The translations under genes and the position numbers were made by a program. A stretch of DNA of 64,000 nt from an uncultured Planctomycetota bacterium (GTDB lineage Bacteria; Planctomycetota; Planctomycetia; Isosphaerales; Isosphaeraceae). Shown here piece by piece: positions 12,701 through 21,883 of this stretch; position 1 is the first letter of the stretch; every line of letters starts with the position of its first letter. Location of the stretch: contig CAWGMQ010000011.1 in NCBI GenBank assembly GCA_963823665.1, positions 480,001 to 544,000 on the forward strand, given 5' to 3'. The notes under the pieces were generated by a model. The model had not been told where the DNA came from and did not search any database. It was given only the letters and a program-made list of their open reading frames with translations.

Positions 12701-15700
12701 CGGTCCAGCTTCCCGCCGTGGTGGCGACCGTGCCGAGATTGGTGACGGTGTAATCAACCGTGATCATGTCATTGAGCGATGCCTGGGCCGGCCTGAAGGA
12801 GACATCGCTCGCCGCCAGGTCGGGGGCAGTCGTCACCGCAATCAGGCTCAAGCTTGTCGGCGCGGCGTTCGTGATCAAGGCGGGTGAACCGTCGATGAGC
12901 GGAGAAATGAACGTCAGAAAGCTCCCGCTCGAGCCCGCGAAGTTCAGGACATCGAAGGACTCTTCGGTACCGGGAGCGAAACCGTTCGTCAGCGAGACAT
13001 TCAGCGTGCCGCTCAAAGTGGCCATGCCCGTGATCGTAACCTGATCGAACAACGTGCCGGCGGTGGCGCCGCCGATTTTGAGTGCCAGAGCGCCAGCCGA
13101 GGTCTGCGTGTAGTTGCCGCTGATGGCGAGCGTGCCGGGCGAGCTGCCGAGGTCCACCTCACCGCCGTTTGTGAGATTTCCATCGATCGTACCCGGGCCG
13201 GAGAGCGTTCCACCCGTTATATTGATCTGATTGTTCGTTGTCCCGAGTGTGCCCGAACTCAGGATCGTCGTGCCGCCGGTCTGGGTGTATGAGGCCGTCG
13301 CTCCGAGCCCGAAGATCGCACTGCTCGCGACAGTGAGCGTGCCCGCGTTCGTGAACGGCGCGGCCGCCACGAATTGAGCGTCATCCTGCAATGTGAAGCT
13401 GCCAGAGGCGGCATTCGTGAGCAAACCGGCCAGGGCACTGGTCGTGCCGGTGTTGCTGTCGATGGTCGCGCCAGCTCCATCAAGGACGATGGTGGCCGCA
13501 TTGGTGGAGACGTTGGCGCCCAGGAGTCTCAAGGTACCGACGCCGACTGCTTTCCAGGTTCCGCCGGTCAGTGTTCCGCCGGCAAAATTGGTAAAGCCCT
13601 GGACCGTGATCGTGCCACTGCCATCGGCGGCGATCGTCCCGTCGGACGTCACCAAGCCGCCCGAGGCATTGCCGACGAAGCCGGCGTTTCCATGAACCAG
13701 GACGCCGGAGGCGATTGTCAGGGTGTCTCCAGCATCGGGAACGTACAGACCCTTCTGATTCTCGCTGGCCGGGTTGTCAGCGAAATCAACGGTGCCGGGC
13801 CCGCCGAGCGACTGGCTGCCGAGGAAGTCCAAGGCGCCGTTGCCTTCCATCATGACGGTGCCGTTTTCGAGCGTGAGATTGTCTTTAACGTCAATGAATG
13901 TGCTGAACAACTGGCCGACGAACAGAGTGCCGGCCAGCGTAACATCTTCCAGGGTTCCGCCGGACCTGGTGGCCACCAGCTCGCCGCCGCCGGGCGTGCT
14001 GATGGTGCCCCCTTCGATCGTGCCCCCCAGGAGAGAATACTGGGGAGCGATACCCGAGCCGTCGAGTGTCAGGGTGCCGTCGTTCGTCACCGTGCCTGTG
14101 AAGTTGATGATCCCGCCGACTCCGGTCACGGTGCCGACGATCGACGAATCAAAAGTTCCGCCGAGGTCAATGGTCCCGGAATTTTCGGTGATCATACCGG
14201 CATTCTGCCAGGAGTTGCTCAGGTTCAGAACGAGCGTGCATCCGTTTGAGGCCGTCGCGGAGCCGTCGTTGATCCACGTGCCGCTCAGAGTCAGCGTGCC
14301 GCCGCCGGTGTCAGCGCTCACCGTGCCCTGGTTGATAATGGACCCGTTGCCGGAGTCGATCAGGCCGTGGTTGCCGTCGATGGTGACGTTCGGGCCGATG
14401 GTGAGCGTGAGCGGCGTGCCGCTACCCGTCAGGCCGATCTCGCTGTCGTCACCGTCGGCAAATAGCAGCTCGCCGGTGCCATTCAAGACTTGCGGGCCGC
14501 TGAAGCTCACGTCGGACCCGAAAGTCAGGCTGATGAGACCCGTAGCGGCGCCAGAGCCGAGTGTGAGGCCGCCGGCTACGACGATGGCTTGGCCACTGTT
14601 GTTGTCAAGCGTTCCCGCCAGCGTGATCGGGCCGTTCAAGGTGGCCCCGGTCGCACTGGTCGTGAGCACGTCAGTGCCGGCGGTGGTGATGGTGCCGCCT
14701 TCGATGGTGCCGCCATTGAACTCCCAGCCGCCGGTCGTGCTGTCCAGGGCCAGCGTCGTGCCGGTGTTGTTCAGCGTACCCGTGAGGTCCACAGTGCCGC
14801 CGGTCCGGCTGAAGCTGCCGAGGGCGGCGAGGGTGAACGTGCCACCCAGCAAGACGGTGGAATTCGTCATTGTGATGGTGCCGGCGTTCGACCAGCCGTT
14901 GCCCTCCAGGGCGAGGCTGCCGCCGTCGTCGCTGATGCCGGTGGCGCTGATGGTGGCGCCAGCGTCGTTGACCCAGACGCCCGCCGGAACCGTGTTCCCT
15001 TCGTCGTTTGCGCCCATGGCATTCAAGACAAGGCTGGCATCGTTGACGGCGCGCATGGTGGCACCGGGCTCATTGATCCAGGCGCCGTCGATGCTGAACG
15101 TGCCACCGGCAAAGGCGGCACTTTGAGCGCCGGCACTGCTGCCGGCACTGACGGTTCCGTAGTTGTCGACGGTGCCGGTGCCTGCCATGATTCGGCCGGT
15201 GAGGCCGTCGATGGTGATGTTGGGGTCGATGGTCAAGACGCTGCCGCTGCCCTCGACGATCAACTCGTTGTTGGGGTTGTTGGTGCCATTGAAGAGCACC
15301 TCCCCTGTGCCGGCGAGAGTCTGCGTGCCGCTGAAGATCAGGTCGGCAATGGTGGTGGTCTCGATAAGACCCGGAGCGAGCGTCAGTCCGTTCCCCTGTG
15401 CGTCAGACAAAATTGTCACAGAGCCTTCGTTGTTTTCGTCAAGTGTTCCCGTCAGCGTCACCGGGCCCTTCAGCGTCGACGAGCCGGCGTTCGTCCCCAA
15501 CACGGCAGATCCTGAGGTGCTGATGGTGCCACCATTGATGGTGCCGCCATCGAGCAGCCACGCGCCGGTAGTGTTGTTCAGGGCCAGGGTCGTGCCGGTG
15601 TTGTTCAGCGTGCCCGTGAGGTTGACCTCACCGCCGGTCCGGCTGAAGCTGCCGAGAGTGGCGAGGGTGAACGTGCCACCCAGCACGACGCTGGAATTCG

Positions 15701-16739
15701 TCATGGCGATCGTGCCGGCGTTCGACCAGCCGTTGCCCTCCAGGGCGAGGCTGCCGCCGCCGTCGCTGTTGCCGGTGACGCTGATGGTGGCGCCCGCGTC
15801 GTTGGTCCATACGCCCGCCGAAACGGTGTTGCCTGCGTCGTTTGCCCCCATGGCGTTCAACACCAGGCTGGCGTCATTGACGGCACGCATCGTGGCGCCG
15901 GGCTCGTTGAGCCAGGCGCCGTCGATCGTGAACGTGCCACCCGCAAATGCGGCACTCTGGACGCCGCCACTGCTGCCGGCACTGAGGGTGCCGTAGTTGT
16001 CGACGCTGCCGCTGCCCGCGATGATTCGTCCGGTGAGACCGTCCATTGTGATGTTGGGGTCGATGGTCAGGACGCTGCTGCCCTCGACGATCATCTCGTT
16101 GTTATGGTTGTTAGTGCCGTTGAAGAGCACCTCGCCTGTGCCGGCCAGGGTTTGCGTTCCGCTAAAGTACAGGCTCGCGACGTTGGTGGTCTCCACGAGA
16201 CCGGAAGCGAGCGTCAGATTGTTGACAATCGACACAGCGCTCCCGAACCCGGACAGGTTCAGCGTGCCGGCCAGCGTCACGTTGCTCAGCGTGCTCTGCG
16301 CGCCGCTGGCGCTCAAGACGGTGCCCGCCTGTACCGACGCGTTTGCCAGTGTGCCGCCGGAGAGGGCGACGGCGCTCGCGTCGCTGAATGTGCCGGTTAC
16401 GCTCAGCGTGCCGCCTGAGAGGGTGATCGGGTCGGAGGCGGTGACACTCTGTACGACGTCGTCATTGCTGTTTGCATGCGTAATGGTCACGTTGCCGGGC
16501 ACATTGATTTCCACGGCATCGTTTGCGCCCGGCACGGCGTCGGAACTCCAGTTACCGGGTGTGTCCCAGTCGCCGCCGGCCGGGTTGATCCAGTTGACCT
16601 GGGAGAGCATGACGCGAATTTCGAGGGCGTCCGACGTGAGCCGGTACGACCGGCCCGTCGGGTGGGATTTCGGGGCTGCACGCCCTCTCGCTGTTACCTC
16701 CGCACGACGTACCAGGCCCTTCCACCAGGTGTTTTTCAT
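6771..16739 (-). CDS. Giant extracellular protein (3322 aa): Planctomycete export motif, beta-helix adhesin repeats, CARDB/PPC-like domains, YD/RHS cage, DPND domain, two Fn3-like domains
   Basis: LEIRVMLS; G/T/N-rich repeats; PDLAAS..VDYTVTNLG; many YTYD repeats; RHS core 'YYAPSLGRFVSRDP..LYTYADNDPVSQIDPTGL'; 'DPNDIVGP'; 'TYRFYSVAADNVGNVQ' type repeat x2. Confidence 0.9.
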   Translation of the reverse strand: MKNTWWKGLVRRAEVTARGRAAPKSHPTGRSYRLTSDALEIRVMLSQVNWINPAGGDWDTPGNWSSDAVPGANDAVEINVPGNVTITHANSNDDVVQSVTASDPITLSGGTLSVTGTFSDASAVALSGGTLANASVQAGTVLSASGAQSTLSNVTLAGTLNLSGFGSAVSIVNNLTLASGLVETTNVASLYFSGTQTLAGTGEVLFNGTNNHNNEMIVEGSSVLTIDPNITMDGLTGRIIAGSGSVDNYGTLSAGSSGGVQSAAFAGGTFTIDGAWLNEPGATMRAVNDASLVLNAMGANDAGNTVSAGVWTNDAGATISVTGNSDGGGSLALEGNGWSNAGTIAMTNSSVVLGGTFTLATLGSFSRTGGEVNLTGTLNNTGTTLALNNTTGAWLLDGGTINGGTISTSGSAVLGTNAGSSTLKGPVTLTGTLDENNEGSVTILSDAQGNGLTLAPGLIETTTIADLIFSGTQTLAGTGEVLFNGTNNPNNELIVEGSGSVLTIDPNITIDGLTGRIMAGTGTVDNYGTVSAGSSAGAQSAAFAGGTFSIDGAWINEPGATMRAVNDASLVLNAMGANDEGNTVPAGVWVNDAGATISATGISDDGGSLALEGNGWSNAGTITMTNSTVLLGGTFTLAALGSFSRTGGTVDLTGTLNNTGTTLALDSTTGGWEFNGGTIEGGTITTAGTDVLTTSATGATLNGPITLAGTLDNNSGQAIVVAGGLTLGSGAATGLISLTFGSDVSFSGPQVLNGTGELLFADGDDSEIGLTGSGTPLTLTIGPNVTIDGNHGLIDSGNGSIINQGTVSADTGGGTLTLSGTWINDGSATASNGCTLVLNLSNSWQNAGMITENSGTIDLGGTFDSSIVGTVTGVGGIINFTGTVTNDGTLTLDGSGIAPQYSLLGGTIEGGTISTPGGGELVATRSGGTLEDVTLAGTLFVGQLFSTFIDVKDNLTLENGTVMMEGNGALDFLGSQSLGGPGTVDFADNPASENQKGLYVPDAGDTLTIASGVLVHGNAGFVGNASGGLVTSDGTIAADGSGTITVQGFTNFAGGTLTGGTWKAVGVGTLRLLGANVSTNAATIVLDGAGATIDSNTGTTSALAGLLTNAASGSFTLQDDAQFVAAAPFTNAGTLTVASSAIFGLGATASYTQTGGTTILSSGTLGTTNNQINITGGTLSGPGTIDGNLTNGGEVDLGSSPGTLAISGNYTQTSAGALALKIGGATAGTLFDQVTITGMATLSGTLNVSLTNGFAPGTEESFDVLNFAGSSGSFLTFISPLIDGSPALITNAAPTSLSLIAVTTAPDLAASDVSFRPAQASLNDMITVDYTVTNLGTVATTAGSWTDSVYLSTETTVDASAMLLGRVTHTGNLSALEHYAGSLTATLPGAMIGNYHVIVVTDSGLQVPDLNRADNVAVATTSLSLSAPALTIGTPVTGTIADGEDLYYQLDLTSPADLQIIARSAVADGVTMYVRYGAIPDPSDYDQAATGAATASQEVTLAQPQGGVYYLLIKGQQPAGLGLSFTLSASAPGFALAGFAPGQASNSGQATIAIDGSGFTMQTTVQLQRAGQAVLVASATMYQNDTTLFATFNLAGLAAGTYDVQAIDHGETLTSAGAFTVVSGDPGQLQTSLGTVAVIRPNQTGTTVTIFYANVGGADIPAPLLQVQATNAVLGYADESTYVGSTIQVLGIDQDGPAGILPPGYHGSITLDYQTTSQLGHTQFHFNLTQTAAPATPIDWSSALASSRPGYLSASAWRPIWGNFVAAAGSTAGQYQAYLDSFATYLGEIGTPTSDVETLYNFAIQLANASLPVTAALGTVDASVVTPGVPLNFARTYQPGIAERYAAGPLGRGWVDSWQISASADSQGNVTIVEDGVYLYFARQAGGTYLDPPGNDYVLTSAGGAYQVRETTGTVIVFNPDGSFDYLQDASGNRITASYSSGQMASLTDSNGAYLNFAYNAQGLISTITGSDGQVTTYTYDTTNELLLSVSNPEVTEQYTYVTGANPAQQFALSTVKQTDGTFIYFTYDAQGRLIDQQGCMCSTDPVSHLTYTYGSGGTVSTADNTGDSSVMMFNQFGEPAVTQDALGQTTRLSYDSNGDLIRKVLPDGATYTYTYDSQGNELSETDPLGNTTSFTYDTNHNQTSYTDADGNTTSTAYNASNAPLSITYANGDQDQYSYNPLGEAIGFLGGNGAAISATYNNAGELIEESFAGGTSLSYTYDAYGNCTSATDTLGNVTKFVYGAADDGDPADPDLLSEVLYPDGTYLKLFHNSGGQRVQSVDQTGFTVNYSYDDAGRLSKLTDSGGNLIVQYTYDVDGRLIEKDNGNGTRTTYTYDPAGDLLSITNEAPNHVTVNSFDDYTYDAEGDVLTDTNQDGEWAYALDAAGELVQAVFTPNHTDPDGLAEEDIQYAYDAAGNRISQNVNGVTTTYTINNLNQYTSSTTGGATTTYQYDAEGNLIAQTSSSGTTTYTYNPLNQLTAVNGPGISETASYDAFGNLVSQTVNGTTTSFQIDPTGQGNVVASFDGNGSLIAHFTYGLGLESQVSAGGSVDYYDFNNLGSTVGISSANGAYVDQYSYLPTGQTTTQSSGVPNIFGFLGEWGVVTSPSGLDLMSVRYYAPSLGRFVSRDPSGTQGGIDLYTYADNDPVSQIDPTGLDPLDLLKPLKSCPFKPFLSVPFPNPLPPGAPGPTPPGGPGPIGPTFPLIPPGTHAPQAPGLTFVWQFDGPEDPCEPPPGPPDPPAPPLPPAPPLLPGPGGGGGGGSIDSPTDPNDIVGPAGFGPSAFVSPAQSLSYRVDFENDATATAPAQVVEVTDQLDANLDWSTFELGAFSFGGQAFNVPAGLMSYSVRINAVSSVGVYVDVNASFNALTGMLTWTFTSIDPTTFDIPVGNVLEGFLPPDVTAPEGEGWVSYSVQPKPAVAAQTAINAQATVIFDAGLSDQSSLATAPYVNTIDAAPPASSVSALAAFSPASFTVTWAGQDNTGGSGIASYNIYVSDNNGPFTLWQSATSPSSATYTGLNGHTYRFYSVAADNVGNVQATPASAQAQTTVDALAPSSAVSPLTGTTTATSFLVSWSGQDNSGGSGIARYNVFVSEDGGPFTAFVTGTTETSATFNGQVGHTYGFYSVAIDNVGNVQPTPAGAQATTHVISAPLVRVAEVVVKTNKKHQVTEVLVDFSAAVNSTQAAETGIYRLTVAGKRGSFTAKNARALKLRSAVYNPSQDSVVLTPSKPFVLTTPVQLLVEGQAPSGLEDTMGRFIDGTDNGQPGSNAVAVLRRSGVSLAAVVYHAADRVPAISAAAVDYLAEADDQLRGRGSPHRRAPVRV
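14680..16220 (-). repeat. Internal tandem duplication (~0.83 kb period, 2 copies) in the adhesin region
   Basis: Near-identical protein blocks 'FSGTQTLAGTGEVLFNGTNN...PGATMRAVNDASLVLNAMGAND...LTGTLNNTGTTLAL' occur twice; boundaries approximate. Confidence 0.85.
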
Positions 16740-16896
16740 CGAATATTCTCACGAAAAAATTCGCGATCACGATGGGAGCCGGATTCGTACTGGCGCGTCA
16801 CGTGGCCAACGCGAGGCGAGATGCGTCATCCTCGCGCCCATGAGTCTATCATCATTAATACTCCCGTTCGTCCGAAACCTAACTCGCTTGAAATGA

Positions 16897-16977
16897 GAAT
16901 CCAGCAGCGATCCAGCGGCTTGTCGTTGAGCCACGCTTTTTGAATATACGGATGATTTGTTGCCGCATTCGCGGCAA
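16897..16977. repeat. 81-bp stray copy of the 3' part of the GH92 gene (partner at 19439-19519)
   Basis: Manual alignment gives 77/81 identical, same orientation. Confidence 0.9.
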
Positions 16978-17125
16978 GGCGGGAGGGGCGATCCCTCTTG
17001 CCGAGCCGGTGCGGAGCCGTGCGAGCCTGTGGACTCGGCGAAGCGCCCTGGAGCGAGGGCCCCCGAAACCCGGACAACCAGTTAATCGACGAGATTCATG
17101 TATTTCATGGTCGCCGCCACGCCCG

Positions 17126-19034
17126 TCAAGGTGGGGATGGTCCGGCGCGGGCGTCGCCCCGTCCAGGGCGGACGTCCCAGATGATCCCGGAGCGCGCCGA
17201 GCCGGTGTAGAGGCGCTTGCCATCCGGCGAGAATGCCATCACGTTGGCCCTGCCCGCATCGGGCTCGAGTGCGAGAACCTGCTGGCCGCTTTCGATGTCG
17301 AATATGCGGATCGTGTCGTCGGACGTCGCCAGCGTGCGGCCATCGGGGGCGAGCGTCAGGTCGCAGACCTTCGGGTCCTGCCGCCGGATCTCCCGGCGCA
17401 TCGTGCCGGACTCAACGTCCCATACGAAGAGCCGTTCGTTAAAGGTTGAGACCAGCGTGCGGCCGTCCGGGCTGAATGTGGCTTGATGTAAAGAGCGATC
17501 GCTGGGCCTGCCGGCGTTTTCCTGCTGCGGGTTCCGCCAATCGGCCACGAATCGGCGCTGCTCGTGCCCCGTGAGGCCGTTCAGCCGGATCACGGTGCCA
17601 TCTCTCAGTGCTGCCAGGAACCAGTGCGAGTTCGATACTGACCGCATGCCGACCACGGGATAGAAACCGGCCGTCTGGTCCTCAGGTGGGTTGCTCCAGC
17701 GCGTCTGCCCCGTCTCAGATTCGATCCCCGAGAAGTGCGACGTACCCATGCCTGCAACCAACGGGGATTCGACCACGAGCATCCGGCCGTCGGGTGCGAG
17801 TGTGGCCCAACCGAGTCTCTCTTTCCGACGAATCTCCCGGACGGTCCTGCCGATGCCGGCCTCGTAGAACACGACGAAGCCGACGTCGTGAGTGACCCAA
17901 TCCATTCGGTGAGCGGCCGCGAAGACAAGCTTGCCATCGGGCGAGAAGCCCACGGAATTCGCCCAGGGGTGCCGCACGATCGGGTCGATAGGCGGTGCCA
18001 CGAGCTTGTGCCAGAGCAGCTTGCCGGTTGTGGCGTCCCAAAGGCGCGCGAAGCCGTCGTTGTGGCCGGTGACGATCCGATCTCCTGTCGGCGACCAGGC
18101 CGCGCAGGCCGCGTACCTCGCCTGCGTGCTCGGGTCGTCGAGCGCACGCCGGCCGGTCGAAACCTCGAAGAGCTCAATCGCAATTTCATTCGGCGTCGCG
18201 ACCAACGTGCCGTCGGGTGAGAATGCCGGAAACCCCCCCGTGCCCCGAGCCGGGCAGCTCGATCGTCCGCTCCGGTTGCCCCGTCGCGGCGTCGAAAATG
18301 TGCAGCCACGTGACGTCGGACACCGCTACGTGCCGGCCGTCGCGCGACAACGCTCCGCGGCCGGCCCCACACTCCTCATCGCCCCGGTAGTCCGCGACGC
18401 GCTGACCTGTCTGGATGTCCCAGAAGCGAACCTCGCGCATTTCGGGGTTCTTGGTGGGGGCAATCTTGAGCTTCGTCTCTTCGATCCGCTTGGTGGTGCT
18501 TCCGATCGACATGATCCGGCGCCCGTCGGTCGTCACCGCGATTACTTTCACGTCCGGGTCCCTTAAGGCGACAAGGCGCACTGCGGGTGCAGCGAGCCGC
18601 TTTACCGGCCGGCCAGTGCGGACCTCGAAGATCTCGACCTCCGCACTCGGCGGATTGGAACACACGGCGGCGATCAGCCGGCCGTCCGGTGAGAACGCAA
18701 CTTCCCCGATGTTACCATCCGCCAACAGCGCGTCCGTGCCGATCCGCAGCAGGGCTCGGGGCGGCAGGAGCGGTTGGGCAATCTCAACCTTGGGCGGGGC
18801 ACCCGACGCCGGCCTGGGGGTCTCTGGTATGGCAGGCGCCTGCGGCCGCGCTGCCGGCGGCAACAAGGCAAATGCCGCCAGGGAGACCGGCAGTGCCCGC
18901 TTCCACCGAGCCCGTCGGGACCGTTTGCCCAGCCCTTCCCGCACCCGAGAGAACCAACGCCCCATGGCGACACACACCCTGGCCTGGATCATGGCCTCCT
19001 CCGGCGCACCGATTGGTGCGGTCTCTGACGTCAA
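17126..19034 (-). CDS. WD40-repeat protein, frameshifted at ~18235 (C run); possibly internally deleted
   Basis: 'LPPRALLRIGT' start motif and FSPDG WD40 repeats in ORFs 18186..19034 and 17126..18205; removing one G restores 'GFPAFSPDGTLVAT'. Confidence 0.7.
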
Positions 19035-19367
19035 GGTTGGCGACCGGGAATGATTTCCTTCACGATACCCCCAATTGCACGTTGGACCAGCGCCGCTTGG
19101 TCGTTAGTCATTAATCTTTGGTCATCGTAGACGCGGGGGGCGATGCGAATCGGGCGACCGGCAACACGCGGACGCGCCGCGTTCCTGCGGGCTCTAGGGC
19201 CGCGCGGGATGGTTGGCGCTGGGTGTTGCCGGGTTTGACCCCTGGGCGATCACCCAGAGGCTCTCGCTTACTCCCTGGTTCGGAAAGTCCGGGAACGCGA
19301 ACGGACCAAGGCCATCGATGGTGCTTGCCGCAGACCGCGCCCGCTGCGTTGGCCGAGACCCGCGCTG

Positions 19368-21677
19368 TTAGCGGTCCGTTGGCGGTTGGGCGCCCATCTC
19401 GAATCGAAGCGTTCCGCCTCTGGCGATTTCGGTGTGGTGAATCCAGAAGCGATCCAGCGGCTTCTCGTTCAGCCACGCTTTTTGAATATACGGATGATTT
19501 GTTGCCGCGTTCGCGGCAACGATCGTCAGCTTCTGGTCCTGCAACTGGATTTCGGCGCGTTCCCACAGCGGACCGGTGATCTCGTAGCGATCGGTGCCTG
19601 CTGTCGGAAACAAGCCCAGAGAGCTCAGGACGTACCACGCGGAGAGCGTGCCGCCGTCGTCGTTGCCATCGATGCCGCTCTCGCGATCGCCGTACTTCGT
19701 CTCGAGAATCCACCGGACCCACTTCTGTGTCAGGTCGGGACGGCTGGCGTAGTTGAAGAGGTAGGCGGCATAGAGGTCGGGTTGGTTCCCGTGCCAGTAG
19801 TAGGCGTTCGGGTTCAACCCCACGCCGGCGGGCGAGCGGGCGAAAAACTGCTCGAGCTCCTGGACGAAGAACTCGCGACTCTTGAACAAGGACACCACTT
19901 CCGCGGCATCGGACGGGACGCCCCAGCGCCATTGCCAGGCGCTCCCTTCGACATACGCGTGCGTGAATTTTCCGGTCGCGTCGACGTAGGTCAGCATTTC
20001 CGGTTTGAATTCCGCCAGGAACTTTCGCTGTGAGTCGCGCGGCTGAAAAAACTGCGTCTCCGGGTTCCAGAGATTTCGATAGAAACGGCCGTGATGCTGA
20101 AACACGATGGCGTCGTCGCGATGTCCGAGCGCTTCGGCCAACCTCGCGATCGCTTGATCGGCGTAACTGTATTCGATGGTACTGGCGACCGATTTCTTCA
20201 TGAGATCTGCCGGGCAGTATTCGTGCTTCAGATAATGCTCGACGCCGACGCGGCCCGAAAACGGCGATCCGGCGGGGACCGGGCCCAAAGCCGTTTTCCG
20301 CATGAATCGATAAGCGGATTCGACGTCAAAGTCTCGAATGCCCTTCAAGTAGGATTCGGCGATCACGATGTCCGCGGGTGTGCCGAACATGGATCCAGTG
20401 TAACCGCCTCCCGACGGCCAGCGCGGCAGATAGCCCCCCTGCTCTGCCATCTTGAGCAGAGAGACGATCATGTCGCGCTGTTCAAGGCGCGCGATCAAGT
20501 TGAACAGGGGATGCACCGTGCGAAACGTGTCCCATAGAGACATGTCGGTATAGTAAGTGAACCCGGCGGCCTGGTGAATCTTGCGATCGAATCCCAGGTA
20601 CTCGCCGTTCACGTCCTCAAAGGCTGTGGGCATCTGAAGCGCGTGATAGAGGGCAGTGCGGAATATCTTTCGCTGCCGCGTCGATCCGCCCCAGATCTGA
20701 ATCCGAGCGAGTTTTTCCTCCCACTGCGCGACCGCCTCGGTCAGGACTTGATCGAAACTCTTCTTGGCGGCTTCGTGCTCCAAGTTGGCGCGCGCGTGCT
20801 CGATGCTCACGCAGGATATCGCCAGTTTGAGCTCGATGACGCGCGAAGACTCTTCTGGCTGGAAGCCGAGAGTTACCCCGAGATCGTCGCCGCTCGCGAT
20901 CGGCTGTCCGGGAGTTTCCGTTTCTCCGGTCCACGTCGCGAAATTGTGAAACGGTCGATTGAATCGCGCGACAAAATAGACTTTGAGTCCACCGTAGCGT
21001 TTGGAGAATGTGCCTAAGGTCCGCACGGCTCCTTCGACCTCCCGCGCTTCCGGCAGGATGCGCACTTCGCCGGACGTCGCGGTTCCCTTGCCGAGCGCGT
21101 TCGTGACGTGGATCAGAATGTGCGGGACTTGTCGCTGGGGGAACGTATAGCGATGCACGCCCACGCGGCGGGTGGCCGTCAGCTCGGCGGTGATGCCGAA
21201 GGATGGGAGCGTCACGCCGTAGTAACCCGGGAAGGCGCGCTCTTGCTGATGGGAGTAATCGGCATTGAGCCCGCGCCGGTGCGATTTGGCGGTCTCCGCG
21301 GAGCAGGGAATCACCAGAAAGCTCCCGCCGTCCGTGGCGCCGGTACCCGAGAGCCTCGTGTGGCTGAATCCCAGGATGCGCTCGTCTACGTAGAAGTAAC
21401 CCGACGAATTGGTCGCTCGATTGCCCAGAAGCGACACCGTATCCGGACTGAGCCGCACCATGCCGAAGGGGACCGTGGCGCCCGGAAAGTTGTTGCCGCA
21501 CAGATATCTCACTCCGCCGGTTCCGATGAAGGGATTCACGTCGCTTCCCAGGATTCCTGGCCGGACCGCGGGATTCGGCTTCGGCGTATCGTCCTTGGCG
21601 GGAGCCGCTGGCAGGAGCGGGTGGATCGTCAGGATCGGAATCAAGAACCGGATCAGACTGAGATGCCGTGGCTTCAT
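19368..21677 (-). CDS. GH92 alpha-1,2-mannosidase
   Basis: VNPFIGTGG, PGATVPFGMV.LSPD, GFSHT..SGTG, SLWDTFRT.HPL, HGNQP, GNDDGGTLSAWY; signal peptide. Confidence 0.95.
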   Translation of the reverse strand: MKPRHLSLIRFLIPILTIHPLLPAAPAKDDTPKPNPAVRPGILGSDVNPFIGTGGVRYLCGNNFPGATVPFGMVRLSPDTVSLLGNRATNSSGYFYVDERILGFSHTRLSGTGATDGGSFLVIPCSAETAKSHRRGLNADYSHQQERAFPGYYGVTLPSFGITAELTATRRVGVHRYTFPQRQVPHILIHVTNALGKGTATSGEVRILPEAREVEGAVRTLGTFSKRYGGLKVYFVARFNRPFHNFATWTGETETPGQPIASGDDLGVTLGFQPEESSRVIELKLAISCVSIEHARANLEHEAAKKSFDQVLTEAVAQWEEKLARIQIWGGSTRQRKIFRTALYHALQMPTAFEDVNGEYLGFDRKIHQAAGFTYYTDMSLWDTFRTVHPLFNLIARLEQRDMIVSLLKMAEQGGYLPRWPSGGGYTGSMFGTPADIVIAESYLKGIRDFDVESAYRFMRKTALGPVPAGSPFSGRVGVEHYLKHEYCPADLMKKSVASTIEYSYADQAIARLAEALGHRDDAIVFQHHGRFYRNLWNPETQFFQPRDSQRKFLAEFKPEMLTYVDATGKFTHAYVEGSAWQWRWGVPSDAAEVVSLFKSREFFVQELEQFFARSPAGVGLNPNAYYWHGNQPDLYAAYLFNYASRPDLTQKWVRWILETKYGDRESGIDGNDDGGTLSAWYVLSSLGLFPTAGTDRYEITGPLWERAEIQLQDQKLTIVAANAATNHPYIQKAWLNEKPLDRFWIHHTEIARGGTLRFEMGAQPPTDR

Positions 21678-21883
21678 CGTTCAGTTTCCGTGACGGCTGG
21701 ATGTTACGTTCGTGAGAAGAACGGAGCGGGATCTGGCATGACATGAGTTGTACCACGACGGTCGACGATGTCGCGACTTTCGTTGCGTAATGCACGGGTT
21801 GCAGTCACAATACCTTGGATTCCTGAAATGCGGACCGGCCCACTGCCGTGGCCCGCTCGAACCTGGACCCAAGGACGACCTCA

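Noticed and set aside
9141..16896. Long + strand ORFs antisense to the giant adhesin (similar cases at 30516-34089 and 4903-6060)
   Set aside because: Shadow ORFs of GC-rich coding sequence with no recognisable motifs
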